Program-made: the position numbers and the translations under genes
Shown here: positions 1-11,410 of the stretch, piece by piece
Numbering within the stretch: the stretch's first letter is position 1
Layout of the letters: every line of letters begins with the position of its first letter
Notes under the pieces: generated by a model
Told to the model about the DNA's origin: nothing
What the model saw: the letters and a program-made list of their open reading frames with translations, nothing else
Databases searched by the model: none
Assembly (NCBI GenBank): GCA_032718475.1
Contig: JAUCBJ010006788.1
Location: forward strand, 1 to 33,470
Direction: 5' to 3'
DNA length: 33,470 bases
Origin: Nemertoderma westbladi
Lineage: Eukaryota > Animalia > Xenacoelomorpha

Positions 1-3000
1 ATAGCCGACAAATGAATGCCTTTTGGCTGAAATTTTCAGAGAACATGCCCACGCCATAGGTGCGTTTGTGGTATAAGTTTGAAGCCCCTAGGTCTAATGG
101 GCTAGGAGCGCGAGGCTACGTTATATCGAAAAATAGCGTTTTTTGAAAATTTTCTTACTTCCCCGAAGACAGGGCCAAAATGGCCAATTTCGGAAATCTG
201 AAATTTTGATAGATTACGTATAATTTATCTAGCTAAAAGTTCAGCGTAGGACATTTGGAGATTTGTTTTTTGTTTTCGAGATAATTTTGGATTTATAAAA
301 AAAAACGCGATTTTCGGGAAATTTTCCAACTTTGACCTTTGACCTTTGACCCTTAAAGGTCAAAAATCAAAAATCGTAGGGTTGAGCGATTCTTAGAATC
401 TGGAGTACTATACGCGTGCCGAGTTTCGGCTTCCCAGCTATTGTAGATCTCTAGATTCAGTGAACTCCGCGGAATATCCTATATGTAGAAACGTGTACAC
501 GGGAAGGTTGGCTTCCTGACTGCGGAAGCCAACGAATTTACTCTTTATTTTTTTACTTTCTGAGAGTCCGCATATCCAACGAGGGAGCGGATGCTAGGAG
601 GGGGAGAGAAGAGAGAGGATATATAAGAGGGGGGGTAGAGTTAGGGAATATGAAGGTTTTACAAAATGACTGACAGGTGTGTAGGTACACTGTACGGTGT
701 TGTAATATTATTCAAGAATGTAAATAGAATATTAAGTGTAGATATGAACTTCTGAAGTCTATATACAGTAGTAAACCCGCCATCCCTCCCAAATTACATT
801 AATATATTGTATTTTATAAATTGTTTGTCGTCTTATTCCTTGACCCATTGACTACAAGCCCTGTTAACCCCCTATCTTATCAACATATAATAAATTATTG
901 TATGAATAATATTCAATTGTTATAAGAAATTTGGGTACCCACATAATAAGCATGAATGGACAGGGTCATACCAGGGAAGGGGAGGGGGGGGGGGGGGGTA
1001 ATAAACATATTATATTTTATAGCCCCAATCCCATCAACACAAGTGTTGATGAGGATTGGGGAAAAACACTTTCTATATAAGAATAAATATAGTTTATCTT
1101 TGCACTTTGCAGTTTCATGGCCACCTCCATTTTCATAGCCAACCTGGAATTAAGTGCTTCTAACATCTTATGTATAATAGGTACAATTCCATCATAATGT
1201 ACCTAAAACATCTTAAAATATGTTTATGCATCTACTAATACCAAATTCAAGTTGATACAATAAGATTTACGAGATTTGAAAAAATTAAAAAAAAAATTTT
1301 TTTTTCATCATATATTTCAAATTCCAGAATTGAAAATGCTCTAATTTTTTTTCTATTGATTTTAATCGAAAACGGTTTCGAAATTTGGAATCAGCGCATC
1401 AATATTTACCAGAAAAAGTGTTTTCGGGCAAAAATTTTTTTTTTGCGCAAATCGTCAAAAATTGGCAAATCTCGTAAGGGGGGACCGCACCGTGATTTTT
1501 GGCCAAAAATAAAAAACGCTGAAATTTGGTGAAAAGTTGCGCAAGAATAAATGGTATAATAAGTTATTGGACCATTTTCGATAAAAACCACTTTTGGCCA
1601 ATTTATGGCCAATTAAGTAAAAAAAATTGGCCCTTTTTTAAAAAAGTTTGTCCCCCCTATGGCCCCTGAAGATTAATTTTTTTTATAAAACAATGTATAG
1701 TGGATTTGTAGAACTCAAAAAATCAGACAGGCTTCATTTTTTTTTTGGAGCCCCTAGACCAAGGGTTCTCGAGATATTGGCTTCCGAAAATTTGCGTTTT
1801 TTGAAAAAAAACTGAATTTTTGGTGGACAAAAATTTCCGTCGTCCATTTACTCCAAAACGGTAGATTTTTGTGCTTAACTTTCTGTCTACAGAAGGTAGC
1901 TATTGAGTAGTACTAAAACATGTTAAAGTTTAAAAAAAAAATAAGCAGAGAATTTTGAGAAAATTAATTTTCCCCAAAGTGGTTTTTTCCGATTTTGCAA
2001 TTTTCCACCTTTTGTCCACCCTTTTTCCCCCCCTAAAATTGACCAAGGTCCGGATCTGAAATATTGAGAAGGTAGATCCACCTTCCCTCTATTGATTAAA
2101 AGTGGAACGGTCTCGATCCGATATATACTAACAGAGCTACATAGCTTACGAAATTGGCTCAAATCGTCGGAAATTGGCGCCGTAATGTCTACGACTTGCC
2201 CATAGCCGACAAATGAATGCCTTTTGGCTGAAATTTTCAGAGAACATGCCCACGCCATAGTTGCGTTTGTGGTATAAGTTTGAAGCCCCTAGGTCTAATG
2301 GGCTAGGAGCGCGAGGCTACGTTATATCGAAAAATAGCGTTTTTTGAAAATTTTCTTACTTCCCCGAAGACAGGGCCAAAATGGCCAATTTCGGAAATCT
2401 GAAATTTTGATAGATTACGTATAATTTATCTAGCTAAAAGTTCAGCGTAGGACATTTGGAGATTTGTTTTTTGTTTTCGAGATAATTTTGGATTTATAAA
2501 AAAAAACGCGATTTTCGGGAAATTTTCCAACTTTGACCTTTGACCTTTGACCCTTAAAGGTCAAAAATCAAAAATCGTAGGGTTGAGCGATTCTTAGAAT
2601 CTGGAGTACTATACGCGTGCCGAGTTTCGGCTTGCCAGCTATTGTAGATCTCTAGATTCAGTGAACTCCGCGGAATATCCTATATGTAGAAACGTGTACA
2701 CGGGAAGGTTGGCTTCCTGACTGCGGAAGCCAACGAATTTACTCTTTATTTTTTTACTTTCTGGAGTCCGCATATCCAACGAGGGAGCGGATGCTAGGAG
2801 GGGGAGAGAAGAGAGAGGATATATAAGAGGGGGGGTAGAGTTAGGGAATATGAAGGTTTTACAAAATGACTGACAGGTGTGTAGGTACACTGTACGGTGT
2901 TGTAATATTATTCAAGAATGTAAATAGAATATTAAGTGTAGATATGAACTTCTGAAGTCTATATACAGTAGTAAACCCGCCATCCCTCCCAAATTACATT

Positions 3001-4981
3001 AATATATTGTATTTTATAAATTGTTTGTCGTCTTATTCCTTGACCCATTGACTACAAGCCCTGTTAACCCCCTATCTTATCAACATATAATAAATTATTG
3101 TATGAATAATATTCAATTGTTATAAGAAATTTGGGTACCCACATAATAAGCATGAATGGACAGGGTCATACCAGGGAAGGGGAGGGGGGGGGGGGGGGTA
3201 ATAAACATATTATATTTTATAGCCCCAATCCCATCAACACAAGTGTTGATGAGGATTGGGGAAAAACACTTTCTATATAAGAATAAATATAGTTTATCTT
3301 TGCACTTTGCAGTTTCATGGCCACCTCCATTTTCATAGCCAACCTGGAATTAAGTGCTTCTAACATCTTATGTATAATAGGTACAATTCCATCATAATGT
3401 ACCTAAAACATCTTAAAATATGTTTATGCATCTACTAATACCAAATTCAAGTTGATACAATAAGATTTACGAGATTTGAAAAAATTAAAAAAAAATTTTT
3501 TTTTTCATCATATATTTCAAATTCCAGAATTGAAAATGCTCTAATTTTTTTTCTATTGATTTTAATCGAAAACGGTTTCGAAATTTGGAATCAGCGCATC
3601 AATATTTACCAGAAAAAGTGTTTTCGGGCAAAAATTTTTTTTTTGCGCAAATCGTCAAAAATTGGCAAATCTCGTAAGGGGGGACCGCACCGTGATTTTT
3701 GGCCAAAAATAAAAAACGCTGAAATTTGGTGAAAAGTTGCGCAAGAATAAATGGTATAATAAGTTATTGGACCATTTTCGATAAAAACCACTTTTGGCCA
3801 ATTTATGGCCAATTAAGTAAAAAAAATTGGCCCTTTTTTAAAAAAGTTTGTCCCCCCTATGGCCCCTGAAGATTAATTTTTTTTATAAAACAATGTATAG
3901 TGGATTTGTAGAACTCAAAAAATCAGACAGGCTTCATTTTTTTTTTGGAGCCCCTAGACCAAGGGTTCTCGAGATATTGGTTTCCGAAAATTTGCGTTTT
4001 TTGAAAAAAACGGAATTTTTGAGGGACAAAAATTTCCGTCATCCATTTACTCCGACAAAAGTAGATTTCTGTGCTTAACTTTCTGTCTACAAAAGGTAGC
4101 TATTGAGTAGTACTAAAACATGTTAAAGTTTAAAAAAAAAATAAGCAGAGAATTTTGAGAAAATTAATTTTCCCCAAAGTGGTTTTTTCCGATTTTGCAA
4201 TTTTCCACCTTTTGTCCACCCTTTTTCCCCCCCTAAAATTGAACGAGGTCCGGATCTGAAATATTGAGCAGGTAGATTCACCTTCCCTCTATTGATTAAA
4301 AGTGGAACGGTCTCGATCCGATATATAGTAACAGAGCTAGAGCGCTTACGAAATTGGCTCAAATTGCCCAAAATTGGCGCCGTAATGTCTACGACTTGCC
4401 CATAGCCGACCATTGAATGCCTTTTGGCTGAAATTTTCAGAGAACATGCCCACTCTCTAGGCGCGTTTGTGGTATAAGTTTGAAGCCCCTAGGCCTAATG
4501 GGCTAGGAGCGCGAGGTTACGTTATATCGAAAAATAGCGTTTTTTGAAAATTTTCTTACTTCCCCGAAGACAGGGCCAAAATGGCCAATTTCGGAAATCT
4601 GAAATTTTGATAGATTACGTATAATTTATCTAGCTAAAAGTTCAGCGTAGGACATTTGGAGATTTGTTTTTTGTTTTCGAGATAATTTTGGATTTATAAA
4701 AAAAAACGCGATTTTCGGGAAATTTTCCAACTTTGACCTTTGACCTTTGACCCTTAAAGGTCAAAAATCAAAAATCGTAGGGTTGAGCGATTCTTAGAAT
4801 CGGGAGTACTATACGCGTGCCGAGTTTCGGCTTCCCAGCTATTGTAGATCTCCAGATTCAGTGAACTCCGCGGAATATCCTATATGTAGAAACGTGTACA
4901 CGGGAAGGTTGGCTTCCTGACTGCGGAAGCCAACGAATTTACTCTTTATTTTTTTACTTTCTGAGAGTCCGCATATCCAAC
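1..4981. repeat. ~2200-bp tandem repeat (macrosatellite or tandem array of a Helitron-like non-autonomous element), two full units plus a 580-bp partial unit
   Basis: ATAGCCGAC...GAATGCCTTTTGGCTG recurs at 1, 2202 and 4402. Identical ORFs are offset by 2200 (956/3156, 1406/3606). Similarity ends at GCATATCCAAC (4981). The array runs off the left edge. Confidence 0.95.
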
Positions 4982-5167
4982 TAGGTAGGGTCTAGATATG
5001 TTATGTAATAACGGCTAACATTCTCAGATTTAATATTGCCATCATAATCTTATTGTTATATACTTATTTATTACACTGTATAATTATGGGAGGCCATGAG
5101 TGCTATTATATTGCGGACATACAAGGTATCAAGGGCTTTGCGAATTTTAAAGATTAATATTTTGGTG

Positions 5168-5400
5168 GTTCACCCAGCCATTATTGCATGGCTGGGTGAA
5201 CAAATACAGTAGTTAAAATTTCAAATATAAATTTTAAAGTGTTTCCAGAAATGTCATCTTAGACTTTGCGTATAGTATGAATTACTATATAATATAAAAA
5301 TACTCCATGCTTTAGGCCAAAGATCATATAGATCATGATCAAAGGTCATATAAATGACCCTTTTGGGCAAATTGACAAAAATTGTGTATATCGTTAACTA
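5168..5400. mobile_element. Possible Helitron/Helentron-like terminal fragment with a perfect hairpin
   Basis: Perfect 14-bp stem GTTCACCCAGCCAT-tattgc-ATGGCTGGGTGAAC (5168-5201) next to a T-run. AAAGGTCA/TGACC motifs near 5341-5360 resemble those in the 2.2-kb unit. The class assignment is inference. Confidence 0.35.
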
Positions 5401-5880
5401 ACTAGCAGTTTGGCTGTAGCGTTTGGCGGAAATTCAAATTTTTAAAACGTTCCATTGGGCCCAACTCGAAATCCGTCGGTCGGACTCGCTCGAAACGAAA
5501 ATTTAGAAAGTGTAATGGGGGTCTATCCACCTACTGGGATAGTCGGCTTCCCCCTTATACCCTATCTCGACCAAATATACCCCTTTCTCAACATTATTCC
5601 CTGATTTCTGTATTGGGTGAGGAGGAGTATATAGTAGTTAGTGAGGGCTAAAGCCAATTTCCACCTTGACGGCGGTTAAAAAACAACCTCTATCATCAAG
5701 TAGGAATTCTAGCTACAGTATTTCTTCATATAAATTAGTTGCTCTTTGGCTTTGCTAGTTCACCAAAACCAATATCGGTAAATGTAACGGCTGGTATCCA
5801 AGGCACCTTTTAGTAGGAGAGTTTGTATTGGTCTATCACTCCATTACTTTATTTCATAAAACACACCAATTATTTATTCA

Positions 5881-5942
5881 TATAAACTGCCCCATTTACT
5901 AACATTGCGCTACTTTGCTTCCACTGGAGCAGCAGCAGCTGG
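5881..5942 (+). promoter_or_regulatory. Putative TATA box and short 5' UTR exon of the FReD gene
   Basis: TATAAA at 5881, a possible GT donor at ~5943, and pyrimidine-rich AG acceptors at 6015 and 6059 just upstream of the ATG at 6069. Confidence 0.4.
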
Positions 5943-6068
5943 TATTTAATGTTTATTAGGTTGCGTTTTATATTGTTTAAGTATGGCGTGTTAGTGTCGT
6001 TATATTCATTCGCAGAATATTGTATTTTAGTTTGTATTTAATTTCAATTTCGTAATCAGTTACCTAAA

Positions 6069-6173
6069 ATGTTCAAGGAATCTCTTCTACTTTTAACACT
6101 TGCAGCTCTTTTAGCTGTGGAGTGTCTGGAAGAGAGCCATGGGAAATTAACCGAATTGGTTGAAAGAGACAAT
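6069..6173 (+). CDS. First coding exon (signal peptide) of a fibrinogen-related domain gene
   Basis: Translates MFKESLLLLTLAALLAVECLEESHGKLTELVERDN, a hydrophobic signal peptide. It ends at a GTAAGT donor (6174) in phase 0, matching the TTTTAG acceptor at 8407. Confidence 0.75.
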
Positions 6174-6579
6174 GTAAGTTTGTTATTTAATGTAGAATCA
6201 ATGTGTTTGTAGAGCCACTGAAGTTCTAACTACACTTACAACTAACTTTTGCTGTTAAAGTTTAAATCTGCTAATCGCGTTCTACTGTAAGTACGATTGG
6301 TGCAAATCAAGATTCCGTTTGGTTGGTTGCACATTTGACTTCTGTAACCTCTCTGTGTCTCAAATCCTCTCCGACATCCTTATCCTATCTATAAAGTTAC
6401 ACTGTTCAAACTTCAGAATTCATCAAATTAAACGATAATAATAATAATAATATAAAAGTCACTTTTTCGAAATAATTTAGTTTCCTCCGCCGAAGCCATT
6501 CAACTTATTCTACCAAAGATAAATGTGCATGTAGACCTTCTGTACCTACCGTAAAAAGACCCCCACTTGCTCCACCAAA

Positions 6580-8304
6580 GCCTTTGTTAAATAAATGTGG
6601 GAGTAAGCCTACCAACCTTGTTAAATAAATGTGTGAGTAAGCCTACCAGGCTTTGTTAAATAAATGTGCGAGTAAGCCTACCAGCCTTTGTTAAATAAAT
6701 GTGTGACTAAGCCTACCAGCCTTTGTTAAATAAATGTGTGAGTAAGCCTACCAGCAGCCTTTGTTAAATAAATGTGTGAGTAAGCCTACCAGCTTTTGTT
6801 AAATAAATGTGTGAGTAAGCCTACCAGCCTTTGTTAAATAAATGTGTGAGTAAGCCTACCAGCAGCCTTTGTTAAATAAATGTGTGAGTAAGCCTACCAG
6901 CTTTTGTTAAATAAATGTGTGAGTAAGCCTACCAGCCTTTGTTAAATAAATGTGTGAGTAAGCCTACCAGCCTTTGTTAAATAAATGTGTGAGTAAGCCT
7001 ACCAGCCTTTGTTAAATAAATGTGTGAGTAAGCCTACCAGCCTTTGTTAAATAAATATGTGAGTAAGCCTACCAGCCTTGTTAAATAAATATGTGAGTAA
7101 GCCTACCAGCCTTGTTAAATAAATGTGTGAGTAAGCCTTGCAGCCTTTAACTTGTTAAATAAATGTGTGAGTAAGCCTACCAGCCTTTGTTAAATAAATG
7201 TGTGAGTAAGCCTACCAGCCTTTGTTAAATAAATATGTGAGTAAGCCTACCAGCCTTGTTAAATAAATATGTGAGTAAGCCTACCAGCCTTGTTAAATAA
7301 ATGTGTGAGTAAGCCTTGCAGCCTTTAACTTGTTAAATAAATGTGTGAGTAAGCCTAACAGCCTTCGTTAAATAAATTTGTGAGTAAGCCTACCAGCCTT
7401 GTTAAATAAATATGTGAGTAAGCCTACCAGCCTTGTTAAATAAATATGTGAGTAAGCCTACCAGCCTTGTTAAATAAATATGTGAGTAAGCCTACCAGCC
7501 TTTGTTAAATAAATGTGTGAGTAAGCCTACCAGCAGCTTTGTTAAATAAATGTGTGAGTAAGCCTACTAGCTTTTGTTAAATAACTGTGTGGGTAAGCCT
7601 ACCAGCCTTTGTTAAATAAATGTGTGAGTAAGCCTACCAGCCTTTGTTAAATAAATGTGTGAGTAAGCCTACCAGCCTTTGTTAAATAAATGTGTGAGTA
7701 AGCCTACCAGCCTTTGTTAAATAAATATGTGAGTAAGCCTACCAGCCTTGTTAAATAAATATGTGAGTAAGCCTACCAGCCTTGTTTAATAAATGTGTGA
7801 GTAAGCCTTGCAGCCTTTAACTTGTTAAATAAATGTGTGAGTAAGCCTACCAGCCTTTGTTAAATAAATGTGTGAGTAAGCCTACCAGCCTTTGTTAAAT
7901 AAATGTGTGAGTAAGCCTACCAGCCTTGTTAAATAAATATGTGAGTAAGCCTACCAGCCTTTGTTAAATAAATGTGTGAGTAAGCCTTGCAGCCTTAACT
8001 TGTTAAATGAATGTGTGAGTAAGCCTACCAGCCTTTGTTAAATAAATGTGTGAGTAAGCCTACCAGCCTTGTTAAATAAATGTGTGAGTAAGCCTACCAG
8101 CCTTTGTTAAATAAATATGTGAGTAAGCCTACCAGCCTTGTTAAATAAATATGTGAGTAAGCCTACCAGCCTTGTTAAATAAATGTGTGAGTAAGCCTAC
8201 CAGCCTTGTTAAATAAATATGTGAGTAAGCCTACCAGCCTTTGTTAAATAAATATGTGAGTAAGCCTACCAGCCTTGTTAAATAAATGTGTGAGTAAGCC
8301 TACC
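6580..8304. repeat. 35-bp minisatellite, about 49 copies, inside the FReD intron
   Basis: Unit GCCTTTGTTAAATAAATGTGTGAGTAAGCCTACCA repeated head to tail, with 34-39-bp variants. Confidence 0.98.
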
Positions 8305-8407
8305 TCTGCTAAATTGCTTCGTATTTGTATCTAATGGTGATGAAAACAAAAATATTTTCGAATTAATAGATAAATAATCTCAAGTTACGCAATATTTATT
8401 GTTTTAG

Positions 8408-9035
8408 GATAATGACCATGACCAAGATCTGGTAACCGTCCAAAACGCGTTAAACAATATATACGGCCATCTGATAGGGGTTCAGGGGATAAAGATTCAA
8501 CAAAGAGTTGATGGATCTGTTGACTTTTACCGCACCTGGAACGAATACGTTAATGGATTTGGCGACCCGAATATCAATTTTTGGTTGGGGTTGGAGAAGA
8601 TCCACCAGCTGAGTGAAGGCGGGGTGAAGTTGAGAGTCGATTTGTGGTTCACTGGAGACGGGGTGGGTAGATCCCAATGATGAAACAATGGTAAGCTAAA
8701 GAATTACTACAACGAACACAAATACGCGGAATACAACAACTTCTCTATCGGATCAGCTGCAACTAATTATCGCCTACATGTATCCGGTTACCATGGTACT
8801 GCTGGTGACGCATTGGATATTCCAACGGTGCACCATTCTCTACCAAGGACCGCGATAATGACGGGATGACTCCTACAACTGCGCCGTAGATCATACTGGG
8901 TCGTGGTGGTACAACAGCTGCGGGTTCAGTAGCTTGAACGGAGAATATGGTGCGGGGGTTCAGAAAGGACCTTATTGGGTCGTTTTACTGCATGGGAATC
9001 CGGCTTCTCGAGTTGAAATGAAGATTTGGATTTAG
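8408..9035 (+). pseudogene. Fibrinogen C-terminal (FReD; ficolin/tachylectin-5/angiopoietin-like) domain exon, disrupted as assembled
   Basis: Manual translation gives [39 protein letters not shown]...LRVDL...YAEYNNFSIGSAATNYRLHVSGYHGTAGDAL / YSNGAPFSTKDRDND / YNCAVDHTGSWWYNSCGFSSLNGEY...VEMKIWI*. There is an in-frame TGATGA at ~8678-8683 and frameshifts at ~8818 and ~8870. Confidence 0.9.
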
Positions 9036-9713
9036 TAAAACTGTAAGTTTTATATAAAATTACTAAATAATTCCAATAGAGTTGCGTTGGAAACTAACTT
9101 TTACATTTAATTATAAAATATATATAAATAACATTAATATAATGTAAAAAAATAATAATAAAAAATATTAAAATATAATATAAATATAATAATAATAATT
9201 AATAATAATGAATTCCGAAATAAATATCGTTTTTTACTATAAAATTATTTACTTTAACGTTTTTATTATGTATTTTGCAGTTAGAATTCCCAATAAGTTT
9301 TAGAAGAGACTGAATCTTGGCTATTCTGCTATATGTTACCAGTTTATATGTGTGATGGTTATGGGTTATTGGTTTATGTTTAGTTAATATTTACAATATA
9401 TTAATAAATTATATAGTTGCAATAACTTAACTTTATTTACTTAACTTGCTGTTAGACCAGGAGGGGCCGGTTGCATATAAATCAACCTTAGCTAAGGTGA
9501 ACCTTAACTCATAAGTGTTGCCTTAAATACTTCAACATCCGTATCAGTTGTTGTCTGCCTAATATTACCTAATATATTTTATAGAAACATTTTGAGAACG
9601 TCGGAGGAAGTCCGAGAGCAAAATTTGGACTTTTCAAAATCAGCTGATATAATTAAACAAATCAATTGGTAATTAAAATTCTTTATTACCTAATAATATA
9701 CAAATAAATCCTA

Positions 9714-10313
9714 TTATATTTTAACGCCTCTGTTTGAATATCGCCAGTTATTTGGTTTCTGGAACGGTTCCTGTGCCAAAGCGAGGGAGCGAAGAGGAGT
9801 CCTAAATGAACCGGAATCAGGGGCTGTCATACCAACCCGGATATATACCGAGCGATCAGTCACCCTGACTACGGGGGTCGGGTAGACACGGGGGAAACGG
9901 GAGTGGGGTCGGAATGATTCCGAGGTGGCGGCCCGGAATACAGGAGGGATATCAAGTGATATCCCCGCGGTAGTATCCGGGGTTACAGACGAGACTCGGT
10001 TGAAACTCCTCCGGTAAACCGACGTGTAGGGCCGGGTACCTCGCCCAGCTGTGTCACTCACCCACTCGATGTGGTTCGCAGACAGATGCTGCCGCATATC
10101 TCCGTAGGATTTAAACTTCCCAAACTTCTCGTCGAAATAAACCCGCGAAAGTTCTAGAACATTATTGTTGTCAGAGTGTCGGTAGATATCTGTCATCATT
10201 TCCCCTGCAGTCGTGTTCTCTCGGATTGCCAATGGTGGCGCCTCGTTTCTATGGTAATACCACGTGTGGTCTATTGGTAACCATGGCGACCAAGGATGGC
10301 TAGCTTTCGGCAT
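9714..10313 (-). CDS. Intronless 199-aa hypothetical protein
   Basis: Starts at ATG and is a GC-rich island in AT-rich flanks. TATATAAA lies ~75 bp upstream and AATAAA ~25 bp after the stop, both on the minus strand. No family recognised. Confidence 0.55.
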   Translation of the reverse strand: MPKASHPWSPWLPIDHTWYYHRNEAPPLAIRENTTAGEMMTDIYRHSDNNNVLELSRVYFDEKFGKFKSYGDMRQHLSANHIEWVSDTAGRGTRPYTSVYRRSFNRVSSVTPDTTAGISLDIPPVFRAATSESFRPHSRFPRVYPTPVVRVTDRSVYIRVGMTAPDSGSFRTPLRSLALAQEPFQKPNNWRYSNRGVKI

Positions 10314-10720
10314 ACTCAGAGAATATAGTTCGTCGAATTAATGATGAAGAAACATTTTATTTCATTCTACGTCTAACACTAGCAAATTTATATAAAGTAA
10401 CTCAATATTCCCACTCGAGGTAGAGCCGTACTTTATAAATAAAAATATACAACATAAAAATACCGGTTAATAACGATAATTTTGATTAAATTTGAAAATA
10501 ATTACAAAAAATAAACAAATCCACAAACATGCTAATCGTAATACAACCAACCCGAGAATAAGTCGGCCGTTAATTAGATTGGCATTAACGGTGTATTGAT
10601 TACCCCTCATCATGTTGCCAAGCAATAATTCTCTCAAGGTAATAGATGTTGCCATTCGCAACATCCCATTCGGGGGGGGGGGGGGGGGGGGGGGTTATAA
10701 AGCACACGCTACCCAATAGC

Positions 10721-10775
10721 GACACGTATTTTAGTGACACGTAATTTAGTGACACGAATTTTAGTGACACGAATT
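10721..10775. repeat. 15-bp tandem repeat, about 3.7 copies, after a poly-G run
   Basis: GACACGWAWTTTAGT x3 plus a partial copy; G-run at 10672-10694. Confidence 0.85.
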
Positions 10776-11410
10776 GAAATTAATATTACTCTACGTCCTA
10801 CGATACGTGAATTATATCAAATTTTGTCAACTACACGGAAAAACCAATAAGGACATAAAATCAGGTTAATTTAGTAAAACTTTTTATTATCATATTTGCA
10901 CTACTTGTTTTTTTCGTGCACCGGGGCACATTCAAAATGACCAGAAATTTTCTCGAATGTTATATTTGAGTTCTATAATCGCGATCAGCATCCAAAAAAA
11001 CCGCTATTTACTTCAAATAAATTTATTCTAGCGAGACATAATTATGACAATTTTCGCGCGAAAAATAATTTTGATGGGTTCCAGAAAGGGACCCCAGCAC
11101 GAAAGCTAACTCAGCCATAAATTATTGTTATATTTGAAACAGAGACAGTTTCACCTCCATTCTCCGTGGCTGAGCCAGAATTGGCTGAGAATGTGCAACC
11201 GTGCTGGAGGCCACAATAATTATAAAATTATTAGCCAAAATAATAGAATTATGAACCGCAACTATTAAAAACTGTGAAATTAATATGTTTTGTTATTAAA
11301 TTATATTATTATGTAACAGGTTAAAAAATATATGTGCCCGTCCCAGAGCCCTTACATTACGTGACCCAAAATAATAGAGATTACATAACTGTAATGTCGC
11401 CAGTTCGATT

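Noticed and set aside
956-4413. Short ORFs in the 2.2-kb repeat
   Set aside because: Low-complexity, homopolymer-driven and without recognisable domains; they are duplicated only because the repeat is.
6580-8304. CRISPR array (35-bp repeats)
   Set aside because: Units are contiguous with no unique spacers, there are no cas genes, and the context is a eukaryotic intron.
8450-8677. 75-aa minus-strand ORF, and similar antisense ORFs over pol, the accessory gene and the LINE
   Set aside because: These are shadows of coding sequence on the opposite strand.
9463-9510. Harbinger-like terminus GGGGCCGGTTGCA with palindrome ACCTTAGCTAAGGT
   Set aside because: No matching opposite end or TSD was found in the window.
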